Shown piece by piece: positions 50,043 to 64,000 of a DNA stretch of 64,000 bases (position 1 is its first letter; every line of letters begins with the position of its first letter). The position numbers and the translations under genes are program-made. The DNA lies in contig CM120641.1 in the NCBI GenBank assembly GCA_051362555.1, positions 38,198,401-38,262,400 of the forward strand, read 5' to 3'. Origin of the DNA: Lingula anatina (Eukaryota > Animalia > Brachiopoda). Under the pieces are notes generated by a model. It had not been told where the DNA came from, did no database searches, and worked only from the letters and a program-made list of their open reading frames with translations.

Positions 50043-51758
50043 AACTTCGTTCAAGGGATTGTGCATGCGACTCTGTGATTGTTCATTATCCTGAAGTTAA
50101 GGAAATATATTTACCTCCGTCAAAATTTTTGTATTTGTTGGTTTTTTAGGTAATCGCTTTAAGTGACAAAGCGTAATATTTTAGCCACGTTTTTTTTTTT
50201 TACTGAAAAGTACATAAATCACTTGTTACACTTATTACCCATGGAAATAATTTTGACCATTTTAACAGGTCAATACCATGTGCTTATGTCACCGAAAACT
50301 AATCTATTTCCTCCTGATGCTCCCGATCGCTATCTGTGTTCCATCAGACAGTTTTGAATTGCGCGCAACTTGAAAGTTCGTGCTCGAAGAGAATTTGAAA
50401 AAAAAACCCACGCTTAGTGTACCCTCTGATATCAGATACTTCTAGTAGAGTATACAATATTTAAGTATGAACGATACAATAATTTTGTAACAGACTACTA
50501 GCGCACCCTGTAGTCGGAGATAACGCTTATTTTGGGTTAAAAACTAATGTTTACAGGAAAGGAGGATCATGAGACTAATGAGTTGAAGAAAAATAGAGCC
50601 TACCCTTTGCCTCATGAAAATTAGTTTTAACTCAAGAGTGATTTTGTACTTAATAGGCTGGGCATCTTTAAGTGAATAGTTATGGATGGATTTTGATAAA
50701 ATGTTCAGGATAGTTAGGAAGTGGGTTTACTTAAAATTGATTATATTTTTGTGGCGATCCATTACTTGATTTATAATCACGAGAGGAACTGAACAGCCGT
50801 GGCAGAGATCTGAGTACTTTTCTAGTTTTGAGCTTAGAACCCATGTGTGTTTTTATTCGTTAATTGTGCTCATACATTTTCAGTAAGTTCCAAATTACGG
50901 CAAAAAATTCTGTACTTATCCAATAAGCCAAAACAGTATAAACGTGAATGATAAAGTGAAGTGTTTATACAGACATCTACACTGCTTTAAATATGCAGAT
51001 TTGCAAAACGATGTAAATATATCAACAAATATTATATAAAATCTTAATTTAAACATGTAAAACGCATATAATTATAAATAACGTCCATACTTTGCCTGTT
51101 TAAAAGGTCCCTGATTATTTTGGCAAATAGTCTGTTAAAGTCTCGTTGTGAACTCAAGCTATTTATACATTTTATAAATTGCTCACACACACACACAGCC
51201 TATTTAAACCTATAACAAGACTGGTGGGGAGCTGATAAATAAGAAAAAAAAAAAACATATCCCCGATCACATTTAAATATTGCCTCATGCATCTCACCAA
51301 ACACACTCCATTACCATTCCAGTTGCAGGACCTCGGGGATAGGCTGTTTACATTACTATGAATTTATCATATATTTACACGTGATGTGGTCTTTATTACA
51401 AACAGCTCTGATGTAAAATGGTACTTCAAAGTAACGCCATATACGGCCATGATTTGCTGGTAGGCCTGCAGAACAATATGACATCCTCGTAAGACCAGCG
51501 CCCTGCTGCAGACATGTACAATGGCCTTTTCGTTTACACTGCTTAAAATACTGAATAATCGGAGCATTTGTAACCAGTCATGAAACTTCTATATGCTGCA
51601 AGTGATATTTGGAACAACCCCAAAAGGCATTTTCGGCTTAGTGTTTATGTATATATATTACTCATATTTAAGATATCATTGTCTTTTCGATTGTCCGATT
51701 TCATATCGTTTTACAGCATACCGAGTTTGATCCTGAAAAAAACATTAAAAGGAACTAT

Positions 51759-54700
51759 TTAGGAGAAGTCGGGTAAAAACTGCAGTGGGTAGGTAAGCAG
51801 GTGCCCGTTGTCCCAGGCAAAAATCATTCTTTCTCTGGGATTGTAACTTAACTGGTAAATGGCGCCGTATTTGCTAGGCACTGCAATCTTCTGGTAATAC
51901 TCCTTCCCTGTTTCAGTGTCAAACACGTACTGCTTCTCCCCTGGCAGCCGGAATTGGTAAGAATCCATGGTGTACATGACACCGCAGACAAAGAAAACGT
52001 TGCTGACAGTGGTTTTCAGGCGATTTGTGCGCCACGTTTTGAGGATTGACAAGTTATCGGGGTCTAGTTTGCTGATGATGAGGTAGCCGTTGTCTTTGTC
52101 GGTGGTATACACCGCCCACATCCCTTTTTCGTCTACGTTGAGGTCTATGTACGTGCGCCCTCCTCTGTTGTACAGGTAAAGTGAGGAGTGGCGGATGTGA
52201 TTGCGAGCGACGACAGTCCCCCGGGACAGGTCGTACCTTTTCAAGGAAGTGTCATAATCTGCGTAATATAAAGACCCATTATACACAACCGACCCAGTAC
52301 CCGAAAAGAAAATGATGGGATAGACAGCTTGCCTTGAGAGCTCGCCCCCAATGAAGTCTGTATAGTTCTCATAGCCGTAAACGTAGTTTCCTTTCTGCGA
52401 GGGGGTATGGTACTGCGTCACCATGTAAAATACTCTCTTTTTGGAGGCGTCATCGCGCGGGAGCGGATCCTTGAACCAGGCCCCCGCCTTCAGTCCCTCC
52501 ATCCACGTGTGGGTTATGGGCTGGTCTAACGCTATACCTCGGCGCTTTTTGCAAATAGCTAGAATGGTAAAGAAAATGATATTCGGCTTAACATGAATAA
52601 ATTGCTTCATTAGTTCAGGTAAGAAGCTTGTCGGAAGTTTATGATCAGGCGCTTTAGTCTTCGTCTCTTTTGGAAATTCCGACCTCTGAATTGCGCAAAC
52701 TAACATCTGCAGGGCGTCTTGTTAAAACATTGGAAATACGCATATGCTGTGATTTGATCACTTTTGTAGATTCTTGAAATTATGATTCGCGCTGCTTTCT
52801 CTGAATAGAATGTTAAGTTGCGTTCACCCTAGTATTTTTAATATTCTCATCAGTTTTTCGCAGGATTTAAAATTTTTTTTCTTCATAACAAATTTATGAC
52901 CCCTGAACTAAATTACAGACACTTTACTTTTACAGAATTCTAAAGTAGCGCAGGTTTGCTGATATCTCGTCCTTTCATTTCCTGATCATCCCTCAGTTAG
53001 TCATTAGTTGTAAAAACAAATGATGGTAAAAATGATAACAAAACACTTGAAAGTCTTTATGTTTTATAAACTCAATGTTTCAACGGGGAGGTGGGTGGGC
53101 CCGTGAAGAACGCCTGGCAACGTACTGACAGGTAACATACTGTTCTTCAAACACGTTTACAGAACTGACCCTACCAACAAGGGTCCTAAAGAGATCGTAA
53201 TTGAGTTTCTTTAACGAAACTACTTACACTTGTCGATTTTCTCCACGGCGACCGCGTCTCCTCGGAAAGGTGATGACCCCGCTTTTTGGTCGTAATAACT
53301 CCGACATACTTCCAGCCGGCCTTGTAGGCTTTGGACCTGGATTTAATGAAATAAAAAGGATTTATTGCAAAGAACACTCACTGATTTCACGCCTATGCGG
53401 TCTCTTGACATCTGTTTTAACGACCTTTTCTCCGCGGCGCAGTCAATGGAACGAGACATATGAACATCGTCCAATAACCTAGACTATTGACATAGCTAAA
53501 CCGAATTTCTCCGTTTCATAATACAAACCCTGGGAACTTCACCTGTGTGAATCGTTGGATCACAATTATAACAACTTGATGAAAAACACAGCTTTGACAA
53601 AACTCATTCACTGACCTTTTTTCTGACACACAAATTCCTCTACTTTCTCTCCACCAGAATGTTTGCTGACAAATGGCAGCCATAGTAACACTTTAGCAGC
53701 AAAATCGTTGTATTTATGACCCGTTTTAATGGTTCACTAGTAATGCACTTTTTATTAAGAATGGTCAAACTTGTCGTTGGGCAGGAGGCTAGCTTTCTAG
53801 ATGACCGGTGCCCTGCACTCGTGCTGATCAAGGGGAGATTCTATTAAGCACAGACTCAATAACTATTAGACCTCGCAGTGACCTTCCGTGTTTTTTATGT
53901 TATTTTCTCATTCAGTTCGATGGCATGTTGACGTTGAGGGTTCATCTGTACCCACCCTTTCGCCGCCATTCACCAAAGCACCTGCTTACATATACAGCAA
54001 ACCGAACTGCCAATGGTGGAACTATGTCATTGCACAATCAATATTTTCAACATTGAAGATCTAATATCATTGTGATAAGACCTCCCCCTCCCCCGCATAT
54101 CTACCTGTGTTTTGGAAAATTTTTCTTGGTTCTGTTTCTAACATTCGTTTCAGAGTTTTGCCTAGTTTAAACTTCATTCTGAATATATGTATTCTTGCTC
54201 CGTCTTGTGGTCTGTCCATAAAAGTACAATTTGCGTTCTTATCTTAAGGCATTCAATAAGCATGGCCAGAAAATCAAAACTCTACAGGTAATTTTAGATT
54301 TGTTCTTCTGTGTTCTCGCCTCTTTGTGGGGGAGCAGGCTTTGTCAACGGAAAGCATTCCCATGATATTTCCCATGCAATTCATCTCGACACCCAGACGG
54401 TGTTTTTCTTTTTCTTCATTTTCACAATCATAATCACACACAAAAAAAGTAAGGAAAAAAGTTTACTACAACTCCAGCGGCTCTTATTTTGCATGGGAGA
54501 TGCAACCTGCCTTTTTGACTACAGATCCACATTTAATTGTTGCCGCTATTAAAGCAAACTGAACAACAATTCTTATGGTGCCAAAGGAAACAAAATAAAA
54601 TAAAATACACAAAGAAACCAGTAACTCTTTGGGTTAAAATAATGCGTTCTTCAAAGGCTAATCTGCACGTACACAATCCGCACAATTTCTAACGAAACGC

Positions 54701-57700
54701 TAATTCATAACAGAAGTCTTGGCTGAGCATTCACTTGTCGTCTGACATTGTTCTAACCCTGCCTTAAGGTAGCCTGTAACAATTTCCAACTTGTTTAAAA
54801 CAATCTGTAATGAACACTTTTGGTGCGTGAAATTCTGCAGTAGAACAAGTCTTTTTTAAACTCGGGTCTGCAAAAAGATCGCTTCTTCGTGGGCGAGCTC
54901 TTCAGGATAGACTCACAAACCACTCATTACTTGAAAGAACGAGCGTAGTGCTGTTCTTGCTTACAGGGATCGTAGTAGGAAAATAATGAGCTTGTGTTAC
55001 TCATGCGCGAAGAAACTTTAAAAAAAACTTTGGAATAGTCAATCATCATACGGCAGGGAGGGACAGAGGGTTGGGTTGGAAGGGGTGTAAGTTAATTTAA
55101 TTGGTATGAACATCATAATTTTACAGATAAGTTCACTCTGTCATAAGATCTACTGCCATTTAACAAAAGCTATATGAGTTGCTGTAAATGTGCCCCCCGC
55201 CCCCCCCCCCCCCCAAAAAAAAAAAGAAAAGAAAGATACAGTGCCTTCGCCTCCATTATCTCACTAACATCATCTCACCATTTACCATCCACAGCCTCAT
55301 CAACAGAAAGAAAGACCACCCTTGCCATAAAGCTTTAGTTCTCATGGGGACTAAACCCAATAAAAAATAAATGCCTGTTGTCATCTGTTTTCTTAGGACT
55401 AGGCATGTTCATGTGTTGGCAAACAGCATGTGAATTGCATTAAACAGCGTATCAAATCATAGCTCACATTGTTTAATTTGTGATTGGAGTTACAATGCCA
55501 ATGCCTATGACAAAGATGAGGTCGTTGAGTCCTCCACACGTCGTCTCAATAGACGTTGGCATTGTAAGTCCAATTAAACGATGTAAAATAAACTGGATTA
55601 CTGACAAACTTATAAGATATCAGAGTGCGTAGACTAACCCTTGCCGTGAGGTCCGTATTTATCGCCAGTGGGTTTTTTATCCTCACGCTGTCCAGCTCGC
55701 TTGAAATTTTAAACAGCTTAGTCTCCAGGTTCCCTAAAAAGTTCCCATCTCTGTTGTAGAAATAGAAATAGTAATATTCATCTTTCTCAATCTTTTCAAC
55801 CATGTCTGTGAGCTCGCTCAGGTCACTACGAATCGATTCTGCGTCTGATAAGGTGATTTCCAGGGACTGGCGAGCTAATTGTTTCTCGATGACGTCGAAG
55901 CGTTTGGTGAGGTTGGCGATTTTCAAAGGAATATCCTCCGTTCTAATCTTCAAAAGTTGTAAAGTGACATTTACACTTTTGAGTTTTTCGTCCAATTCTT
56001 TCAGTTTGTTGAAATTATCTTCCTCTGAGCATGAGTCTTTTTGCTTGGCCATAACCGTGCAGATGCATCGGCCATGGCGGTCTCGGGAGCGTACTGTGTA
56101 TTTGTACTTTCCTTCATACCTGCCATCCTCTTGCGGCAACTCCTAAAGAAAGGATGGAAAGAGATCAAATGACCAAAGAAAAAATACAATAAAAAAGCCA
56201 GCCAAGCTCAGTTGCAAACAATTTGTTCAAGTCGATTGCAAACGATTTGTGTTCGTTGAATCCAATTGCTTCCCGACCGAGAAATGCTGTTAAATCCTAT
56301 TTGATTATGAAAACATCGTCTGGATGCTAGGAAAAAATTATTCGGTTGAGCGGTAGCTTTCAATCAAGAATTCATGAACTATGTAAGTTCAGCATGAATA
56401 CCGATACGATTCGGATATCAGAACCGGTTCAAATCAGCCAACCGTCTGATTAGATCTTGCTCCCCTAACGGCTCAGGTGTAACTTCTACTACAGCAGATA
56501 AAAATATGGACACGTACGTAAACAGTTCACCACACCTGTTAGAACCGTTTATGATGATCCTACATATTTAATTTTCCTTAATTTCTTATCAATGTATTCT
56601 TTTTGTGTTCTTTCTTTGAATTATGGTCGTAATCCATCTTTGGCCCATCTGACATTGCGTAAAATGACCAGATATCAGTCTATTACTTTTTTCGGCCTGA
56701 ATATGTCTTCAGTGCAAACAAAATAATCAAACGATCCCGGGCAAATAATTTCAGTTTTGATCAGTTTGTAAATATGGTGTGGAGAGGGTAGAAAAGAACG
56801 GCATATTAAAAGCAGACGGTGAATACGTTTAAGACACGTTTTAGGACAAGCCATACGTGAGTCTCTATTTATATAATGTGCTTTTTAAGTCAGAAACACT
56901 CGCGTCGATTAAATAGGAAATTGTAAGCATGCTGAAAACCATGGAATTAATTGTACTGGGCAGGGGTATTTGAAATGCACGTGATGGCGTATAGAAGAAA
57001 TGGTACTTAAGCGCCGTTTATTCGTCAAAACTTGTGTTTTGTAATCTAAAAAGACAAATAGCCGAACATGTGTCTGCCTCTCGGGTAAACTATGTCAATG
57101 GCCAACTAAATACAGCTAGTTTGTCATACGCGGGTCCGACTTCTCCAAAGTTCTCAGCAATTGCCAACTATTTCGAAGATGTCAGAAAAATCAAAAAGAG
57201 AAAGTTTGACTTTAACACGACATGTGCTTTCAACAAAACAATTGACCCTCTATTTTGTCGTATCCAGACTTTTTTTTTGTTTTTTGCATAAATCGCCTCT
57301 TGGCTGGAAATGGGGAAGTGTCTCTGAAAAGGGTTATCGAAGAGTCACTCATTTCTCCGCTCAGTTTTCGCATGTCGGCCTTGTCCTACTCTTACAATAT
57401 CTAAGCTCTTCAAATTAAAATGGAAATGAAGATTTTTTGCCTTTTGTAGAGGTTATCGGGTAATCGCTAGCCTTTCTTCCGGCATTTTCGCCATTTTGCC
57501 TTGCCAAGGTTGATTTACTGCCCATTATTTGATAGGGAGCCGACTACCGACGTCCACGCAGCGCACCGTGCACAACTGTAACGATTTTAAGTGGGCGAAC
57601 AATTTTTACTGCTTTCTTCTGCGAGGTTCTTTCCGTGTACCGACTTAACTTAACCTGGTATTTACTATGCGCGCATTTGATAAAGAACCGCAGAATTCCG

Positions 57701-58063
57701 GCTTTGCCAGCTCTAGTGCCTTACATGATACTTTGTCTGTGGGAATAGGCTGCAGGTTATGAACAAAATCCGAGCCACCTGAGTAACCATTTCGTTGCAT
57801 CTGGTCTTACTTTGAGGAAATGAAGCAATAAATCAGCACAGTAAACCCCGTCTCTGGTTACTTCTTGTAGGAATATTGCGTTTACAAGTGAATAAAGCAT
57901 TGTCTTGGCAATGGCACAGAGTGATGTTTACCCGTAAGCACCGCACATTGACATGGGGTGCCAATGGCTTCCTACTCACCTGAGCGCCGATGTCCGTGGC
58001 GTGCGTTTGAAGGACAATATGAACGAGACATGAGTAAAACACCACGTGTACAGAGGCTCTCAT
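51759..58063 (-). CDS. Secreted noelin/olfactomedin-family protein, 498 aa
   Basis: Exons total 1497 nt, all GT-AG and in frame. They are 58063-57980 (signal peptide MRASVHVVFYSCLVHIVLQTHA), 56142-55639 (noelin domain DRHGRCICTV..CS plus coiled coil), 53336-53228 (VQSLQGRLEVC) and 52558-51759 (OLF domain GAWFKDP, GTGSVVYNGSLYY, IDLNVDEKGMWAVY, FFVCGVMY, LSYNPRE..IFAWDNGHLLTY). Confidence 0.93.
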
Positions 58064-58138
58064 TGCTTGCTCCTGGTCCTTAACCGGCGTAAGGGCACAG
58101 CTGCATAGCCTTCTCCGAGGCCTGATTGAAGATGAATG

Positions 58139-58190
58139 CTTTTTATAGAGGGAGGGTGAGGCGCACCACCAGGGTGAATTCCTATTGGCT
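58139..58190 (-). promoter_or_regulatory. TATA box and CCAAT box of the olfactomedin gene
   Basis: Minus-strand TATAAAAA at about 58140-58147 and AGCCAATAG at about 58182-58190, canonically spaced about 80 and 125 bp upstream of the ATG. Confidence 0.65.
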
Positions 58191-61100
58191 AACCGATAAA
58201 ATTAAAGCTTAAATCAATGATTGACCAAACTTGACCTGGACCGTTTGGTTTTAATTCTGCATTGTATAACATTTCAAAGATGAATTTATTTTTCTTCGGA
58301 GCCATTGGGATATTAGCTTCTATATCAGATATTTCCTGTCTACATTTTTTGTGTGTGTTTAACAAAGTCCCAGTTGGTTCGTTGTCTAGAAACTTTGACT
58401 TGAAAAGTTATAGTTGAAATGTCGCTTCGGTTGTCTTGGCTTCGACTTGACAGCGCGTTGCACCTATACAGGTGAGCAACCTGAAACGTGAAAATGAAAT
58501 GGATACAGAGAGAGGCGGGGATGGAATAAGGAAGACCGTACCAATTATAATGACATTTACCTCTCTATATATAGGGGAGGGGGGAAAGTAATTAACACTG
58601 GAAGTGTTCTGTTGATGTCTTGGACGTCATGGAAAGATACCAAAATAATCAAGTTAACCTTTTTCTAATAATGACTGGCAACAAACTCAGGTATCTTCGC
58701 ACTTTGCAGAAGGGTCCGTCGGCCCTGTTAAATCTTGATCACCCATTATTTGTTTTGAAAAAAAAAATCAAATATTGAAAATACACCAGTTGTTTCATTA
58801 GAAAATCACCGTGATTCCGCGACATGAAATGTCAGGCTAACGTTCCCTTAGTCATGTAATTAAGTTTATACGCCACACGAAGCCTCCTAAACGTTAAAAC
58901 GGTTGATAGAATAAACATCAGACTTATTTAGTAAATGTACCTGTCTCAGATTGTTATCATTTCGCCACGTGAAAGTTGCACGCGAACCTAAACAGTGCAG
59001 AGCTTGCCCATACATGTATCTTAAAGGCTGAATAATCTGTGTCTTGATAAAAAATATGTGGTGTTTGAAACCCATGAAAACCAAAACATTTTCAGATGAG
59101 CCATTTCGTTTTATATTCGACGTTGTTGAAACGAACGGGTCGAACTGTTTTTTTTAAGTTATCATTCACAGAAAGACGGATGAGAACATTTATTTCATAT
59201 TTCAGTTTCGGCCAGCTTTTCCTCTTTCTTCCGCTCGTTTATGTTGTCTAGCTTAAACCTCAAACATTTACAATAGTGAATACACGTAATGATCGAGCCA
59301 CCTTCTGTGGACACAGTTGCTTTTTTTCAGATTCAAGAAACGTGTAAAACGAGATCAAGGTGAGGTCTTCGAAGTCAGAATATGTCTCAGCGAAGTGTGT
59401 GTTTTTTTCTCTACCTCACCAGCTTATTCAATTATGAATATTATTAGCAACACATGAGTTGAAATAGGCTGGTTATGTTATCATAGAGTCTCCTCACATT
59501 ACAGGGTGAAGTGATTTATAAATCTGTGCACTTCACCGGGTTTCCGTAGTCATACCAGATCACAACCTCTTCTAGGAAAAAAATGATGACCCTTTTTTTC
59601 AACAAAGAATGTAATCTAGTACCTCATGCAAAATGTTATCAATCCTTAGCTAGCGCTCACTGCGATATTTGGTAAATCAAAAACAAAATTCGTATGAACT
59701 TAATCCACTTTCTGGGAAATCTATCAAAACAAACCGACCTGTCTGGAATGTTAGGGGGAAAGTAATTCAATAAATGATAAGAGACTGCTTTCCTCCGAAC
59801 ACCCCACCCATCATCCATTGTATCATTTCTACGTGGACTCCTCTGTGGCCAAGGGTATTTCTTCCAACTGGTTTACCCTTAACCCAAGCGTTTGAATTTA
59901 GTATTGAACTGTGAATGGATGTGACATGCAGTTTTAGAACCTGATCCAACCAATTATCTTTCTCACTCCATTCACCATAAAGATTCGTTTACTTTTCACT
60001 GATGTGCGACTTGGTAATCAACCTAGTGGCATCCTTCCATGTACGCATTTCTCTAAGTCTGAAAAGATGAATCTATTCATATGGGGGAAATGTATGCCGT
60101 TTGCCATTTTCGGGAATTTCTTAATTGGAAACAAGTTTACATCACCTGCATATTTTCCTAACACTTCATTAGCTGTTCTCCAGGGTTAGGATTGTGTTGG
60201 AAAGAGTTAAATAAACTCCGAACAGCAAAAGGCAATAGCTGGTGGGTAAATTTACCGTAGACGCACTTGATAGTAGGCCCAGACAATTCACAATCCTGAA
60301 AGGTGTTCGCAAGATTCTACTAAATAATGCGCATTTAATTATGTGAGTGGTCTGTTGTCGACATATTTATCAATTTCTCACGGTTTCTTTCTAGGATACA
60401 AAAACAAAATCGATATGAAAAAGATGCAAATAAGTACTATTTTTGAAAAGAACGCCGTAAAACCGGTTGTATTCTGGAAGGTTAGAGAAGAAAGACCCAA
60501 TAAAGGAAAACCTAAACCTCACACATTTGGCTTGTAAAGGTAAAATGTCCGTCAACATCACCCCAAGATTATTTCTTTTTTTTTAATAGCTTTCAAATAT
60601 AAAAATCAAGTACAAAAACTCCCTTCGTGCAATTGCGGATGCCTGTTTATTTTGAACACAAACACGATTTCGTTTAGTGGGTATCTGTAAAGGTGAACGT
60701 TACATTTTTTTATAACAGAACGCCTTTTTTTCATAAGTACCCGTTTGTTACAAAACCGTGTAGTTTACTGCGGCAGACTGCCAGCGGCGAATGTGTATAC
60801 AACTCGATCTAGGCAATAAGGCTACTACCACCGACGAAGAAAGTAAGGGGCTTGCGGTTACACTGGCATAACGTAGTAACAGACCTTTAGGTCTTCCGAA
60901 AATACTTGACTTTTTTTATAAACAACATTCCATAGTTTCGTAAGACGCGCATTCTGATACCGGACATCCGACTTACCTAGCAGGTATCAAAATCGGCCAA
61001 TCTTTTTCTAATTACATACAAACATTTTTGTTGGAAACGCTCTCAGATCATTCGTCCTTGCCCGCCGGTGCCTCCTCAGTTGAGAAGCAAGCTGTCAGCA

Positions 61101-62442
61101 TGAACTCCAACACAGGTTCTCGATATTTTAGGGATATTATTTAAAGTTGTATTAAGACATGCAGCAAAAACGTCTGAAAATACACAGCTTGGTCAAACTA
61201 GGCGGATTTCGTAACCTTGTAGGCCTACCTGTGGGACACCTGTCAGACACCCTCTACCCGAGGGACGAATGACATATAAACTTACTGTGTACTTATTTGT
61301 CAACTTCAACCAACTACATTGGTGGCTTGTATACAGAATTACAATAAGAAGGGAGCCGTGGCATGTGTCAACTCATTTACAGATTAGAGCAGTAAAATCT
61401 ACCAAATTCAATTTGCCAATGAGACCTTGTCTAAGCATGGTGATCCGATCGAAGGACTTTACCAAAGGAACAAGCTGTTGCAACGTTTTAACTCATTTTA
61501 CCTTCAAATTAGTAACTGCAGTTTGGAAGAACCAACAATCAGCACATGAATCGGACCACATTCTATTGTTGGTTGCTTTAACCAAGATACAACCTCGTTT
61601 ATTGGTTTTATCGACAAGCATGCGTATAATGTATGGCGATAATTAATTATTGGGACTGATTTTTATCACATTTTATTTCGCTCAATTCGTTTATAATAAT
61701 AAGAATAGTGTGCACCTCATCTTCTCCATTGATTCCTTAACATATTCAAAGACGTTTTCTTGTCAAACTATTTCATCGTCGCCAATATGAGTCTTCATGA
61801 TTGCTATCGAATTTTTCAAGAATGCACTAAAAAATTCAGATATTGGTAATCAACAGCAAAATCGCTATGTTTAATGCCTATTATGATATAAGATATCTGA
61901 AAGTGGATCACGTTAACACTGGCTCTAAGAATGTTTGTACTAGTACAATTCGAAACAGATCACAATTTGGATCGCAAATGAGTAAAGCATAAACTGCTTA
62001 TTTCCAGACGAGGCCCGCTGTGTTTGCTTCCAACATTGCAGACGAAAATTAACATATGCCTACATTAATCGCTTTTTGAAAAGATTCCATGGACATGAAT
62101 TTAGATTTTGAAAAGACAATTAAGAATTCAATTGGTTCATAATTTTCGATAACACCCTGGGAGTTTGGTGGTTAAACAAAACCTTTATTTTCGGACGACC
62201 TATGGATGACTATTTTCACTTACTCTGAAATATCGGGTGTAGATTGATTTACGTGTTCAGTAATGCTTAAGTTAGCACATATACGTGATAAATGACGTCG
62301 ATAAACATTGAGTTCAAAAACAACCTGTTAAAAACGTTAAAATGCATTAATTTCAATTGTAACTTGTTTTCCAAGAAGTTTGACCTAGAACCCGCTTAGT
62401 TGCCAGTTATAAATAATGCTGAAGGAACTTGTAGTAATTTAA

Positions 62443-62484
<42 letters not shown>

Positions 62485-64000
62485 GTTTTAGCGTGTGCCA
62501 TCTCACAGACCTCGTTCACTGCCACCTACTTTCACGATACTTTTTTCAAAATTCCCATTCTTGGAAAAAATGTTTTGCTACTCCAATGGACAGATTGTTA
62601 TAACAATCATTCTTTCTTTTGCACTTATTCTTTTTAATGCCTTGCAATTTACCTGAGAGTTCGATTCATTCCTCAGGTATCGATGGGAAGGTATATAAAA
62701 TGAGCCGTTCAATTGAAGGCAGATCCTGGTACATACGACTGTTGTACAAACTCAGTATAAACATTTAGGCGTGGGTAATTTTGAACTTCAAAGCACTGTA
62801 GCTTTCACAATGGTCGCTGTGGAAAAAGATTAAATACATGTATCAACAAACCGTTAACTTTGACAACCAGGCTTATCAAATGTTGCCCCATGCTATATAA
62901 TTGGAACTGATTTATCACACCTGTATAAGATAGACAAAAAACCTCGTATATATGCAGTTAAGCATAAATGAGCCGTCTGCTTATCTTAGTAAACCAATTA
63001 CTTAGTTGTTGTTGAAACCATCAACGGTGCCAAACATTCCTACTTTTCTGGCAATCTATAAATGACAGCTTAACGTTAATTTTCTCTGGCACTGCTACTT
63101 CCTAAAGACAAATTGCTTGAGGTAGGCCTTCTTTAATCCTGTTTTTTACTCTCATGGTAATTATAGAGTATGGAAACTCTCCTGTCGTTTTCGCATGTCA
63201 ACACCTACATATGTTAGCTTACATAGTCAGTATTGTTGTGGCATGTGTTCAGTAACTCGAACATATGGGTTTTATAGCAGTATTAAGAGGCGCCTTTCAC
63301 ACAGATTGTGCTAGATGTTCTCTAAAATGCGTCTCGCAACACGATTACTTTCGAAGCACATCTATAAACATATGCAGTTGTGTAGCGGTAGTATGTGCGG
63401 ATGGTTCACTTAAATAATACTGAACACCAGTCAGACCAGAACACCACTTCCCCATGATGTTTAGCATAAAGTTTGAATGAAGATGTAAAAAATGACATCA
63501 AAACACATATATTACATCTTCAAACATAACAGATGTAGAAAAAAACAAACAAACAAACAAAAAATAATACCATGTTTCAAAATGATGTTAAAAATAACTT
63601 TTATTATCTTTATGAATAGGAAATTGGAAACAATCAGCAATTGATAATTGACAAACTTTGATTAAATACACCAAAGTCGGTGGTTTCTAGACCACGGGCA
63701 AGTTAATCGATGAAGTGTCAGAGCTACAGGTATATTATTTACAATCAATAAGATATTTCTCTTATAAATTAAAAAAAACTTTCTGATCATACCTGTTCAA
63801 CCTGACTAGAAACTTCCCATATTGCAAATAAATAAATGAATGAATAAAAAAATAAATAAGTAAAATAAATAAAATTTAAAAAATCAAACGTATGATTCGT
63901 GGTAAAACTCAGCAATCGCATCGACTCCATTTCTTTCTTTCGTCACGATAAACTTATCATTATGTTTATTTTGTATATAGGCACAGATAAGCGCACACGA

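Noticed and set aside
53382-53478. Possible extra olfactomedin exon (LLDDVHMSRSIDC...GVKS|GTGAGT)
   Set aside because: It starts in phase 2 while the upstream exon ends in phase 0, and would leave a 45-nt intron. The gene is complete without it.
62653-62816. Minus-strand segment bounded by good acceptor and donor sites upstream of the olfactomedin gene
   Set aside because: It has stops in all frames and no phase-compatible ATG, and the gene already has a proximal TATA/CCAAT promoter. It cannot be supported without RNA data.

Overview
AT-rich, intron-containing animal DNA, most consistent with a marine lophotrochozoan (inferred from the protostome-type ATP synthase f N-terminus, the FMRFamide-receptor-like GPCR and the Helentron-type repeats). 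Six host genes were reconstructed by hand from GT-AG boundaries and frame continuity. They are: the 3' end of a type I membrane protein gene (+), mitochondrial ATP synthase subunit f (-, 4 exons, 124 aa), a class A GPCR with an intronless CDS (+), a 15-coding-exon annexin A7/A11-like gene (-, about 667 aa), FAM241/DUF4605 (+, head-to-head with the annexin) and a noelin/olfactomedin (-, 4 exons, 498 aa). Mobile DNA is abundant: two TTAA Kolobok elements (one nested inside a MITE), a full-length decayed Tc1, a near-intact RTE-X-like LINE broken by one frameshift, Gypsy and L2 remnants, two CAGG-ended MITE families with 5-bp TSDs, and several Helentron-like (HINE) elements carrying satellites. 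The most notable observations are a 146-bp intronic satellite packed with perfect nuclear-receptor motifs, the annexin's unusual N-terminus, obligatory NAGNAG microexon and II/III linker insertion, and an SHP-box-like tail on FAM241. I found no unambiguous wholly new system, and no tRNA, rRNA or CRISPR features.
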